From Okamejei kenojei (taxonomy: Eukaryota): a DNA stretch of 64,000 bases. The notes below the pieces were generated by a model. That model saw only the letters and a program-made list of their open reading frames with translations, searched no databases and had not been told where the DNA came from. Below are positions 51,127-63,429 of this stretch, piece by piece. How positions within the stretch are numbered: the first letter of the stretch is position 1; each line of letters starts with the position of its first letter. A program made the position numbers and the translations under genes. The stretch spans positions 4,836,001 to 4,900,000 of the forward strand of contig CM069160.1 in NCBI GenBank assembly GCA_035221665.1. The letters are read 5' to 3'.

Positions 51127-52020
51127 AGGGAGGTTTCACGGCAGTCGGGTCACGACCCATGACCCGTACTGTTGCTACGCTACGCCAAGTGGAGTACACG
51201 CGATGAACTGCAGGTAAGCACTGACCATTGTTTCCAGCGAGGCGGGCCCGTTAAAACCCGCCGAAATGATACATTTTTTCGGTGTAAATAATTATAGAAA
51301 TCGGGATAAGCGTGAGGAACATTTAGCTGACTTCATAATTCCAAAGGTGAGGAGAAATGACGGTAGATAGAAGCGAGAGCTGAAGGGACAACAACAGCCA
51401 AAGTGCGAACATTTGCCGTTTGCTCACTGCATTTCATCAACAGTAAGGCATTATTTGTGTTTTTTCTTGATTCCTTTGGCATCTAAAAAGTTTCAGAAGT
51501 GATAAATCTGGCTGTGAAATTTAAAAATCGCCCATGGTTCTCAAGTGGGTTTTTACATAAAAAAAGAAAACGCCTCTGAAGCAAAATTTACAGCCACATT
51601 TATCACTTCTGAGACTTTTTAGATACCAAAGGAATCAAGAAAAAACACAAATAATGCCTTACTTGATGAAATGCAGTGAGCAAACGCGATAATTCCCAAT
51701 ATTTTCAATTCCGATATCTGCACGGCCAATGTTCGACAAGCACTTTAGCTGTTGTTGTCCCTTCAGCTCTCGCTTCTCTTCACCTTCATTTCGCTTCACT
51801 TTTGGAATTCTGAAGTCGGGTACATGTCTCTCACGCTTACCCGATTTCCACTATTTATTTACAGCGCAAAAATTCAACATTTTGGCGGTTTTTAACAGGT
51901 AGGAAAGTACCCGTTTCGGGTATTAACAACACATACCGGAAGCTGCGATGTCCTCATGATGGATTCAGCGGCTCCGTGCGTCAAGCCCTATGACCTGGAG
52001 ACCTTACGTGCAACCCCCCT
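51127..52020. mobile_element. Foldback MITE (ISL2EU-like termini, AT TSD) in the GPCR intron
   Basis: AT|AGGGAGGTTTCACG...CGTGCAACCCCCCT|AT. Long internal inverted arms: about 51250-51525 versus 51580-51895. Confidence 0.8.
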
Positions 52021-53199
52021 ATTGTACAAATACAGAGCTTGATTGTATTTGGTTTAGTTGAGTTTAGAGATACAGCGCGAAAACAGGCCCTTCGGCCCAC
52101 CGGGACCGCGCCGACCAGCGATCCGCATGTTAACACTATCCAACACACACGAAGGAATTGTTTTACATTTACGAAGCCAATTAACCTACATGCCTGTCCG
52201 CCTGTGGAGAGCGGGAGGAAAGCAAAGATCTCGGAGAAAATCCACGCGGTCACGGGGAGAACTTACACACCCCGGACTGACAGCAGCCGTAGCCGGAATC
52301 GAACCCGAATCTCCAGCGCTATGAGGCAGCAACTCAGCGACTGAGGCAGCGCTGTAAGGCAGCAACTCTACCGCTGCGCCACCGCGCCCGCCCCCTACTA
52401 TTTGTGTAGAGTGTATATGCTCTGATTGGATACCGTGAAAAACAAAGCTTTTCACTGTATTTTGGTACAGGTGACAATAGTAAACCTTAACCTAAACGTA
52501 CCCACTGACCTATTCCCCAAACTAACTGGAGAACAAGACTCCACCTTGGACGCCCATCGCTAATATCACTTGGCGCCATTCACAACATGTATGTGCTCCA
52601 ACATACCAATGGACCTCTCATTCGAGCTGACACAATGAACGTGAAAGGACCCAGTACCTGACCCAAACAGAATCACTGTCTACAGTATTGTGCTTCTTGT
52701 TGGTAAAAGAGCGGCACACTGGCCCAGCTGGTAGAGGTGCTGCCGCACAGCGCCAGAGACACGGGAGTACATGTGAAAGTGAGATGACATCCAAATAGTG
52801 TGAATGGGTGATTGATGATCAGTGTGGCCTCCGTGGGTCGATGCTGTATCTCGAAACTAAATTACAATTCTGATTACGCTTAGTTATTGGTTATCTGTTA
52901 CATGTCGACCCAAATGAACAGTAAAATGGAGTCTGGGTGTTAGAAACCCGAAATTCTATACAATTATTGGTGAAAATATTTAGTTGGCAGCATCTGTGGA
53001 GATAGAGAGGCGGGATTTAATATTTCAGGAAGATATTTATTCGGCGGGCCTCGAACGTTGTTTAACTGGCAGAGAAGAAGGAGTGTTGGTGGGAACACTG
53101 ATGTGTGCATTGTGGCGAGGACTCCTTAAAATGGGAGAGATAATGGGGAGGTGCCGAGTGAGAACATAACTCGCTGAATGGGAACAAATGGCGAATCTT

Positions 53200-54060
53200 T
53201 GCACACAGGGCGAGGAAGAGCGAAAAAGCGAGACAAGCAGACAGAAAGATAGGATAAGGGGGAGAGAGTAGAAATAGAGAAATGGAGAGATAGTGAGAAA
53301 AAGAGACGAGGGGCGAAATAGATATAGAGGAAGACTGGGAGAAGCAAATGGAGAGATAGTGAGAANNNNNNNNNNNNNNNNNNNNNNNNNNNNNNNNNNN
53401 NNNNNNNNNNNNNNNNNNNNNNNNNNNNNNNNNNNNNNNNNNNNNNNNNNNNNNNNNNNNNNNNNNNNNNNNNNNNNNNNNNNNNNNNNNNNNNNNNNNN
53501 NNAAGCTGAGAGAGGCTGACAGAAAAAGAAGCAGAGAAAAAGAGACGGAGAGAGGCCGAGATAGAAAAAAAACAGCGAGAGAGAGAGGTAGGTAGAAATA
53601 AAAGAAGAGAAACGACGATACAGGGAATGATGCAGACCGAGAGAGAGAGGGGGAGACAAACAGAGAAGGAAACACAGAACACGAGTAACAGCGGGACAGA
53701 GAGTCAGCGACAGAAGTAGAGATAGCAGAGAGAAAGGCAGAGANNNNNNNNNNNNNNNNNNNNNNNNNNNNNNNNNNNNNNNNNNNNNNNNNNNNNNNNN
53801 NNNNNNNNNNNNNNNNNNNNNNNNNNNNNNNNNNNNNNNNNNNNNNNNNNNNNNNNNNNNNNNNNNNNNNNNNNNNNNNNNNNNNNNNNNNNNNNNNNNN
53901 NNNNNNNNNNNNNNNNNNNNNNNNNNNNGCACAGACCCAGATGGAGAAAGAGATAAAAAGAGAACCAGAGACACAGAGGGAGATAGACCGAGACCGAGCG
54001 AGGGAGAATAAATATAAAATAGAGACTTCGTGAGAAAATGAGAGAGAGAGGGGTAGAAAG
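53200..54060. repeat. Purine-rich (AG) low-complexity tract with two assembly gaps, in the GPCR intron
   Basis: Degenerate gaga/agaa repeats flanking N runs. Confidence 0.85.
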
Positions 54061-54256
54061 TCCTTGAGCCGCATTTTGTATATTGAAACTATTCCCTTGT
54101 CCGCTGGGAAGGGGACGTCTGCGGTTTCATTTCAGAAAGACCAGCGAACGGCAGGCAGAGAGTGGAAGAAACACTGGGGATACCGAGGCAGAAAGGTAAA
54201 TCATCGGGAACATTGGGACTGGGCAGCCACGCGTTGATCAACGTGACCGGACTTAC

Positions 54257-54326
54257 CAGGGAAGCCAAACGCCGCCAGAATTGGATAAGAAACCTCCTTC
54301 ACGTACAGAATCAGAGCCCGCCCCAT
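54257..54326 (-). CDS. GPR139-like GPCR, exon 1 (MGRALILYVKEVSYPILAAFGFP)
   Basis: Kozak gccacaATGg and donor G|GTAAGT. 70 nt (phase 1) joins exon 2 to give YPILAAFGFPANVL, a complete TM1. Spliced CDS is 972 nt, 323 aa. Confidence 0.85.
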
Positions 54327-54659
54327 TGTGGCAGAGTCGCAGTGTCGACAGCGAACCCGGGGACACGATGGAGCAAGGAGCGCGGCTGAGATACCCATTT
54401 AGATCCCCGTCAATCCTCCAGTGGATTTCAGGAGTAACCGTAACAATTACATCAATCACAAGCTCTTGAACAAACAACTTTTCACCCCCTGATAAATTAA
54501 CTAATTCTAATAATCTCACGGTGGAGGATTGCTTGGTGTGAAAAATAATATCATATAGACGGGGGGCTCTTTCTCGCCCGTCCCTTGAACCAAGGATCAA
54601 TATGCTGGGCTTTTCCTGTGACAGTTTCAAGTCTCGGAAATCCGAGATATGATCGTGGG

Positions 54660-55190
54660 TAGCTAGCAACCCAAGGGGATGAACATTGATTTCGTCAATT
54701 TTAGTGACCTTCCCCCCACCCCCCCCCCCCCCACCCCCATCCTCACTCCACTTTCCCCTCGCTTGCCTGTACCCCCTACCCCTGGTGCGCACCCATTCCC
54801 CCCCCCCCTCCCTCCTTTCCTCCTCCCCACCCCCTTGCACATATATTGCTCCTTCTGGACTTACTCCTCCATCACTCCGATCCACTCCTTATTGGACATC
54901 TTTTGATCTCCTTGTCTCCCTTTTGTCTCATTTTGAGCTCGTTTGTTCCCACTACCTTTACCTCCTTTCAACCGTAGCCTTTGTGTGCACATCTGACACT
55001 CAAATCCTCCCCTCACCTTTATCCACCTATCCCTTGTCAAGCGTTGTCCCTCCGCTCGCACCCCGGACCGCGACAGTAGCGGCTACACTCCAGCATTCTG
55101 CCCTTCCCCATTCCACTATAACCTGAAGAAAGGTTCGACCTGAAGCGACTCAGACCCGTTCCATCCACAGATGCCGCCTGACACGTCCTC
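54660..55190 (+). mobile_element. Penelope-like 3' end (decayed), pyrimidine-rich
   Basis: gggtagctagcaacccaaggggatgaacattgatttc matches the ORF end, followed by a C/T-rich tract and ctgaagaaaggttcgacctgaa. Confidence 0.6.
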
Positions 55191-55425
55191 AGCACATCGT
55201 GGTCAATACATGATGCTGAGGGCGTGAGACAGCGTAATTCGATGGTCCCTTTGGAAACATAGAAACGTAGAAACATAGAAAGTATGTGCAGAGGTAGGCC
55301 ATTCGGCCCTTCGAGCTAGCACCGCCATTCAATATGATCATGGCTGATCATCTATAATCAGTAGGTACACAAAAATGCTGCAGAAACTCGACGGGTGCGG
55401 CAGCATCTATGAAGCGAAGGAAATA

Positions 55426-55460
55426 GGCAACGTTTCGGGCCGAAACCCTTCTTCAGACTG
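55426..55460 (-). ncRNA. Minimal hammerhead-ribozyme-like motif (variant stem II with UUCG loop)
   Basis: Reverse complement reads cagtctgaagaagggt-ttcg-gcccgaaacgttgcc; core kept while stem II and its loop vary. Confidence 0.5.
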
Positions 55461-57231
55461 TCAGTAGAGGGAAGGTAAAGCTTGATATTACTTCTGTGCA
55501 TCGGAGGAGTATTGTGACAAACAGATGAAGTGACCATTAGTTATCGGGTTGAGTACAATGTTACACATCTTAACCGGCTGACGTTTCAGATCTCTTGACA
55601 CACTAATCGCGGTAATTGAAGAGTTAAATGAATTCGCTCAACCTATTGGCATCGAGGAAGTGATGGACGCTCCAACGGACCAGTTCGCCAGAATTTGGTA
55701 AAGACAACCGAATCTGGTTAAGTTGCAAGGAGGCCGGGAAATATTGGCTCTGTCTCCTTTCTCACGGGTGTTGCCTGGTCGGCACCTTTATATCAGATTT
55801 TATATTTCAGATTTCATATTTACCACATCTCCAACTTGTTCTTTTATTTTCACCCAACATCCTCCCGGCGCTAAGCACCTATCTGTGTTATTAGAAACTA
55901 ATCGCACTTTATTCTTGCCTCAATGCAATCAATTCGCTCTCAAGATTCAACCACGCACTAAGGACATCGTGCCTGCTAGTTTATTAATCCGCATCCAGAT
56001 TTTGCGCATTGCATGCCTGAAAATATTACCGTGAAATCCAATTTAAATGTCCTACACCTCACGATAACCTTTACTCCCTAGTAATAGACATCTCTGTCCT
56101 CTGCCACTTCTGTTCATAAACCCCCCCCCCCCCCCCCGCTCCGCTCCAATTTTACATAGGTCTAACAGCCTCCACTACCAAAATCCGCTCCAAAGGAAAC
56201 GCCGCTGCTTATCCAACTTCCCTCGTAGACGAGATAATTCACTCGAGGCAAACATCTTGGTAAATCACCAAAACTGCATATTCATTAAGCGTGGCGACCA
56301 GAATGCGAACGGAATTCCACCTGCGGCCTACCCCACGTGCTATATTTTTGCTCCATATCCCACTTCCATTCATATTCTACGGCTGGCCTACGAACCGATG
56401 TAACGTGCAGGGAAGAACAGTGGATGCTGGTTTAAACCGAAGATACACACAAAATCCTTGAGAAACTCCGCGGGACAAGCAGCATCTCTGGAGAGAAGGA
56501 ATGTGTGACGTTTCAGGTCTAGACTCTTCGTCAGACTGGGGTCACGACCTTCACTACTACACCGGAGACATCTCAGCCAGAGCACCGACATTTGTTCCTT
56601 GTTTCCCCACAACGTCATAGGTCAGGCCTGCGGGGGGGGGGGGGGGGGGGGGGGGAGCTTATCTCACGACCATAAACGGCTCCCCTTCCATTATACCAAT
56701 TCAGGACTTCAACGCTCTCTTCCATAATACCAAGCTTCCATGACCTCCACACTAAACAGGAACAAAAATAATGTCTTTGGGACCACGCTCAACTGCAGCT
56801 CAATACACAGATGGCCCCACTGGTGTTTAAGGGCATCATTTTGCGCCATTGCAATCCTTTCCCCGTCATTTATTTACAGAATCGTTTGGGGGGTCGTCTT
56901 TAACATTTGTCAAGAATATCTCATGTACCTGTTTTGCCCTCCTGATTTCCATCTTGAGTGCATTCCATAACCCGTAAATCCACGAGGGATTAGTTTGGTT
57001 CCAGCTACCCGCTCATGACATGTATGACGTCCATTTTCCAGGCCAGTCTTTCAATATCCCTCGCCAGTCGGAGTTCGTTAGACTTGCCAATGCTGGGCTA
57101 CACTGTAACAGTCTAATGGACTTGCCGACCCTGAATCACAGTTCTAAAAGCCTCCCCTATCAGCATTTCCATGTTTCATGTGTAATTCCACCAGCAACAG
57201 CTGCCTGTCCTTTATTTCCTTTGTGTTTAAT

Positions 57232-57325
57232 AGTATGTATGTATGTGGGTGCGTGCGTGCGTGTGTGGTGCGTGTGGGTGCGTGCGTGCGTGTGTGTGTG
57301 TGTGTGTGTGTGTGCCGTGAGTGCG
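57232..57325. repeat. (GT)n/(GCGT)n microsatellite
   Basis: Direct inspection. Confidence 0.9.
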
Positions 57326-60269
57326 TTAAATGTGTATCTATGTTCAACGTTCAAGGTTTCAAGGTCAGTTTATCCTCACATGTACCAATTAAGGTACAGT
57401 GAAATTTTAGTTAACGTACTGTCACACTGAGTGAAATTTAGTGATCTTTAGATTGAGTGGGGGGTTCAGGGGGGTGGGGGGTTGGAGGAGACTTTTTCTA
57501 ATCTCTTTCCTCGACGGAGCTGCTATTTATTTCCGTATCGTATCTCCGTCTAACATCTGCGGCCTAACATCGAGGAGATTGGGAAGACCGTCTTCGAGAA
57601 GCTCCACTGCGGACTTACCATCGCGGAGCCCGCGATCCCTTTGCCAGGTATCGACCTCGGAGCTCCATCCATGGATGCTTGTGGACTTTAACATCACGGA
57701 GCCGGCGGTCTTTGGTCAGAGACCGATTTCGAGGACACCCAGCCGCGGGAATGTGTAGAAACTCCCCGACGCGGAAGTTTTGACCGCCCCGACGCGGCAG
57801 TTTCGTTCGCCCCGATGCAGGGGCTTCGACCGCCGGCTATGGGAGCTTCGATCGCCCCGACGGATGGTTCGACTGCCCTACCGCGGGAGAATAAAGAGGA
57901 AAAGTTTGGACTGTTTCTCCTTCCATCACAGTGAGGAATGTGGGGAATCTGCTATGGTGGAAGTTTATGTTGACTTTTATTTAATTGTGTGTCTTGTTGC
58001 TTTTTTTCGTGTGACTCTATGGTAATTTGCACATCACTGTACCTTAACTTTCCCCCAATTTACGACGTGGATGAATTCATCTTTCCCGTAAGTACAATAA
58101 ATTAATAGCAATATGGTCACTGGTCCCATCGCCCTCCCCACCAGACACTATCGCCAAAGAGACACAAAATGCTGGAATAATTCAGCGGGACAGGCAACAT
58201 CTCTGGAGAGAAGGAATGGATAACATTTCGGGTCGAGACCCTTCTTCAGGATCAATACGCTACAGAATTCAAACACTATAGCGACATGTCCAGCGTCCAT
58301 TGCTCGTNNNNNNNNNNNNNNNNNNNNNNNNNNNNNNNNNNNNNNNNNNNNNNNNNNNNNNNNNNNNNNNNNNNNNNNNNNNNNNNNNNNNNNNNNNNNN
58401 NNNNNNNNNNNNNNNNNNNNNNNNNNNNNNNNNNNNNNNNNNNNNNNNNNNNNNNNNNNNNNNNNNNNNNNNNNNNNNNNNNNNNNNNNNNNNNNNNNNN
58501 NNNNNNNNNNNNNNNNNNNNNNNNNNNNNNNNNNNNNNNNNNNNNNNNNNNNNNNNNNNNNNNNNNNNNNNNNNNNNNNNNNNNNNNNNNNNNNNNNNNN
58601 NNNNNNNNNNNNNNNNNNNNNNNNNNNNNNNNNNNNNNNNNNNNNNNNNNNNNNNNNNNNNNNNNNNNNNNNNNNNNNNNNNNNNNNNNNNNNNNNNNNN
58701 NNNNNNNNNNNNNNNNNNNNNNNNNNNNNNNNTGAGAGTGTGTATCTATGTTTCAACGTTCAAGGTTTCAAGGTCAGTTTATTCTCACATGTACCAATTA
58801 AGGTACAGTGAAATTTTAGTTAACGTACTGTCACACTGAGTGAAAAGCAACAAGACACACAACCACATAAAAGTGAACATAAACATCCATCACAGTGGAT
58901 TCCACATTCCTCACTGTGATGGAAGGCAATAACGTTAAATCTGCTTCCTCCTGTTCTCCCGCGGTCGGAGCAGTCAAACCATCCGCAGTCGGGGCGATCA
59001 AAGCCCCCGCAGCCGACGATCGAAGCCCCCGTCGGGGTGATCGACGTAGTCGTGTGTATGTTTACCGGTGTGTACATGTGTGTGTGTGTTCCTCGTGCAT
59101 AGGTGAGTGGGGACGTAGCGCAATGGTAAGAAATTATGTTACATAAAAGCATTCATGAAGGAAATATTACTGACTATCGCAAATGAGAAAACAAAACAGA
59201 ATTAGTGCACAAGATGCCTCTGGATAAAAGTAGTAGGTGGGGTTTCGGTTGGAGACCCTGCCAAAGATAAAGTCTGAAAAAGATTCCCGGCCCGAAATGT
59301 AAAACTATGCCTTTTTTCCAGAAATACTACCTGACCGGTACGTTTCTTACTACACATTGGATTCCTCGACGTCAAGCCACTTTGCGAAAATGATCCCTGC
59401 TGAACATGATGCCAGCTAAACTAATCTCCTCTGCCAGCACGTGTTCCATATGCCTTTATTTCCTGCACATCCACCTGCTTATCTGAAAATAGTTTAAACG
59501 CCCCATCATGTCTGTTAACACGACCATCATCGGCAGAGCGTTTCAGACGCCCACCACTCTCTGCGTGGAAATCGTGTCCAGCAAATTTCGCTGAGACTTT
59601 GCCCAGAACACAAAAAAAGATATTCAGTCATCATAAACCGAGAATGGATGAAATCTGATGTAATTTAAAAAAAAAAGCTGGGGCAGGTTTTCAGGTTCAG
59701 TGTTTTTAATGCAACATCTTCATTTCTTGCAATAAGATGCAAATATGAAGATTACACGGTGTCTACAGCATTATTTCACGACAGGGTGCAAATTGAACCG
59801 AGAAAATGACGCAAAAATAGCAAGCAAATGGTGCAGACAAGTAACTACGGATGCTGAATGCAAACTATAACTGTGTAGGAATGAGGCAGGATCTCTAGAG
59901 AACAGAGGTAGGCAGCGATTCAGGTCGGGACCCTTCCTCAGACTGATTGTACTGTGCTGTGAGTGGAGGGGGACTTGGAAAAGCGAGAGACACAGTAAAG
60001 CATCGCAGGTAATAGATCGATATAGGCGAGGGGATGGGTGTTGTTAGGCAAATGGTTGGAACAGACGCCAGGCATAATCGTACTGGAGGGAAAGGGTTAT
60101 TACGAGAAGACAGGACGAGAGATGATCGGGCCAAAGTCTGGTAAATTATAGACGGAGGTAGGTGAAAGAGGGGTTGATTGGAAATGGTTGGACTAAGGCC
60201 AGAGATGAAAATGATCAAAATGTGTGACCATAAGAAGATAAGGAATGATGGGGCGTGTTGTAGAGCAGA

Positions 60270-60975
60270 GGGATCTAGGAGCGAGGGTGCATGGTTCATT
60301 GCGGTTGGACTCGCGAGTAGATAAGGTGATCAAAAGGGCTTTGGCACATTGGCCTTTATCAATCAGAGTATTGAGTATAGACGTTGGGAGGACATGCTGC
60401 AGTTGTATAAGATCTTGATGAGGCTGCATTTAGAGTATTGTGTTCAGTTCTGGACACCATGTTATAGGAAAGATGTGTCAAGCTGCAATGGGTACAGAGA
60501 AGATTTACGAATATATTGCCTGGACTTAAGGGTCAAAGCTATAGGGAAAGGTTGAGTAGGTTGATAATCTATTCCTTGGAGCGCAGCTGGGCGAGGGGTG
60601 ATCTTATAGACGTGTATAAAATAACTAGAGGAACAGATCGGGTAGATGCACCCAGTTTCTTGCCCAGAGTAGACGAATCAAGGACCAGAAGACATCGGTT
60701 TAAAGTAAAAGGGGAAACGGTTTAATAGGAATCGGAGGGGCAACGTTTTCAGACAAAATGTGGTGGGAGTATGAAACAATCTGACAGTGGAGGAAGGTGA
60801 GGCAGTGACTATCTCAACGTTTAGGAAACTGTTAGACAGGTACATGGATAGGACACATGAATAGGAGGGATAGCGTGCAAACGCGGGCAGGTGGGACTTC
60901 TGTAGTTGGGACATGTTGGCCTATGTGGGTAAGTTGGGCTGAAGGGCGTGTTTCCACACTGACACTATGTATGAC
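60270..60975 (+). mobile_element. CR1 LINE 3' fragment
   Basis: AFINQSIEY...LHLEYCVQFWTP and YSLERSWARGDLIDVYKI. Confidence 0.8.
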
Positions 60976-62028
60976 TAAGGATAGGTGAATTGTGGAGGCC
61001 GAGGGTGGAATTTAGGTGGAAGGGGATTGGGAAGTGAGGTGGAGGCGAAAACGGGATATGTGTGCGCATCCAGTTGGGATACAAGAAAGAGAGATGAAAG
61101 CAAGTTGGTTGAGAATATTACACAACACAAAGTTACACAATAGTGGCGGGCCGGCACACTCCCGGAAAGAATGCACGACTTGCCGGCCGTGGTCAGGCGA
61201 CTGAGGAGGATTGACCCGCCCTGGACTGACGACCAAGGAGGACTCGCCCGCCTCGGACCTTCGACGGAGGAGCCACCCGATAAGCCCGGCTCACCCTCCG
61301 CGGACCAACCGGTGTCGACGGGAACCGTGCCACCGAGAGCAAGGAGGGACCGAGAGCGAGGTGGATCAGCGAGGGCAAGGAGGACAGGCGAGAACAATGG
61401 AGGGACCCGTCGTGCGGGCTGCTCCGAGAATATATGGCAGAATTGGTGGGGCGGGGGGAGGGGGTGCTGCTTCCACGTGCGGGCGTTAATTCAGAGATAC
61501 AGCGCGGAAACAGACCCTTTAGCCCAACCAGTCCACACCGACCAGCGATCCACGCACATTAACACAACTCTACACAATACTCTACAACCAAGGGACATTT
61601 TGAAAAAAAACATTTATATATATATGCCAATTAAACTACCAACCTGTACATCTTTCAAGTGTGGGAGAAAACTGGAGATCTCGGAGAAAACCCACGCAGG
61701 TCACGGGGAGAACGTAGAAACTCCGCACAGACATCACCCGTAGTCACGATCGAGCCCGGGTCTGTTGCACGGCAAGGCAGCAACTTAACCGCTACGTGAC
61801 GTCCAGATAATTTATGTTTCATTATTACCAAAGCTTAAGTACCAAGAAAATATGCGTTAATGGTTTTAAACAGGTGAAAGGCGCACTGCTTTTGAACGAG
61901 TGAGAATAATGGAGCCATGAGGTGAAATCATTAAAATAAGGAAGAGTCCTATTCCACGAGTCCACTCTGGGTGAAATCGAGATCACAGAACAGCACCATC
62001 TTGTGGAAGAATAAAGCGAAGGGCAGAG

Positions 62029-62953
62029 TCACATCTGAACTCTGGTTCCAGACCACTGCCGTGCCAGTTTCATAGGTTTACTAAATACCCCAGCTAAATA
62101 TTTAACCGCGTTTTTCACTTCCTGTCTGAACCTACTCTGGGTCATCCCATAGATACAAGTGTTGGCACACGAGCTGATGCGCATGAGCAAGACGCCCACT
62201 TCATTGGCGATGTAAGAGGGGCTTGTGTGATCCCCGCCCACGAAATTCACAGTGACACGAGTGGAAATGTAGGTCACAGTTGACGTTGTCCACAGCAGTA
62301 TGTAGGCGCCGGACACCGTGAACAGCAAAATAATGGACTTTGTCCGATTCTCAGTCTCAGTGTCCTTGCCATCCAGTGCCTTCAGGCGCCGGCGGACTCT
62401 GCTGGCCGCAACGATGTTCCTGACCGTCAACCCGTTAAACACCAGAACTAGAAGGAAGGGGAGGAAGGAGAGAGAGATGCTGCACATCCACGAGAAAGCC
62501 ACCCACCAGATGGAGGTGAAGTAGGCGGGTTTGGGTCGGCACCCCCACTTGACACTGTCCACAGTGAAGCGTGACTCGTACATGAAGTTAAAGGGGATGT
62601 ACTTTATGCAGCACAGCGCGCACATGGACACAATGACCGCGGCGGCCGTCCTATCCGTGCAATAGATGAGTCTCAGCTTCGGCAGCAAATGCTGACAAAA
62701 CGGTCAAAGGTGAAGGACACGGTTAACCAGACGGAATAGTCCACGGTGACGATCCGCAGGTACACATTAGAAGGACAAACTGCGCTGAGGGAGAGGAAGG
62801 AGTTAGGGACGTAGTAAATGTAGATTTCCCGGAGTAACACGTGCAAGATTATAACGAGAAGGTCGGAGATTGCCATCGCCACCATGTAACGGGTGATTCC
62901 TCTGGAGAGCCCGCACTTTCCCCGATGTAGGATCACAGCCGTCAGCATGTTCG
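62029..62953 (-). pseudogene. Second GPR139-like GPCR exon 2 with a 1-bp frameshift (pseudogene or sequencing error)
   Basis: Collinear paralog of 50038-50939 with acceptor cttccttcag| at 62954. The + strand reads cttcggcagc at 62677-62686 where the intact copy has cttcgggcagc. CCPKL becomes CCRS*, splitting it into ORFs 62673-62948 and 62029-62688. Exon 1 not found in the window. Confidence 0.8.
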
Positions 62954-63139
62954 CTGAAGGAAGAACAAAAATGCAATGGAATTAATATTTCAATGGAACC
63001 AAAATTTAATGGAATTAAGATTAGGTTTGGGGGCTGCTAGAAAGCACGAGGGGCTCAGATACGGTGAATGAACAAGAGCCACATGATATCAAGTTAAAGT
63101 CGAGAACAAATGGGGCAATGGGGTAAAATCTATCTTAAT

Positions 63140-63411
63140 GGGGAGTCCACGAGTCCGTTCTGGGTGGAATCGAAAGTACAGAACAGCAAGATCTTGTGGA
63201 AGAATAAAGCGAAGTCGACGTCACATCCCAAGTCTGGTTCCAGGCCGCTGCCGCGCCAGTTTCTTGGGTTTACTAATTACCCCAATTACTAATTGGGTTT
63301 ACTAATTAATTAAATATTTAAGCGCGTTCTTCACTTCATGTCTGAACGTACTTTGGGTCATCCTATAGATACACGCGTTGGCACACGGGTTGAAGGGCAT
63401 AAGCAAGGGAC
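63140..63411 (-). pseudogene. 3' remnant of a third GPR139-like copy (TM7, C-terminus, 3' UTR)
   Basis: Aligns by eye to about 61944-62195 (shared atcttgtggaagaataaagcgaag, tctggttccag and gttggcacacg). Carries a duplicated ttgggtttactaatta and ends where a LINE begins. Confidence 0.8.
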
Positions 63412-63429
63412 GTACTTAATATGAAGCTT

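Noticed and set aside
53037-54074. Long ORFs spanning N runs (also 34765-35094 and 58148-58839)
   Set aside because: Artefacts of gaps and low-complexity AG or GT sequence.
60975-61743. GC-rich ORFs of 140-190 aa
   Set aside because: They run through an unclassified GC-rich repeat and a SINE, with no domain signal.
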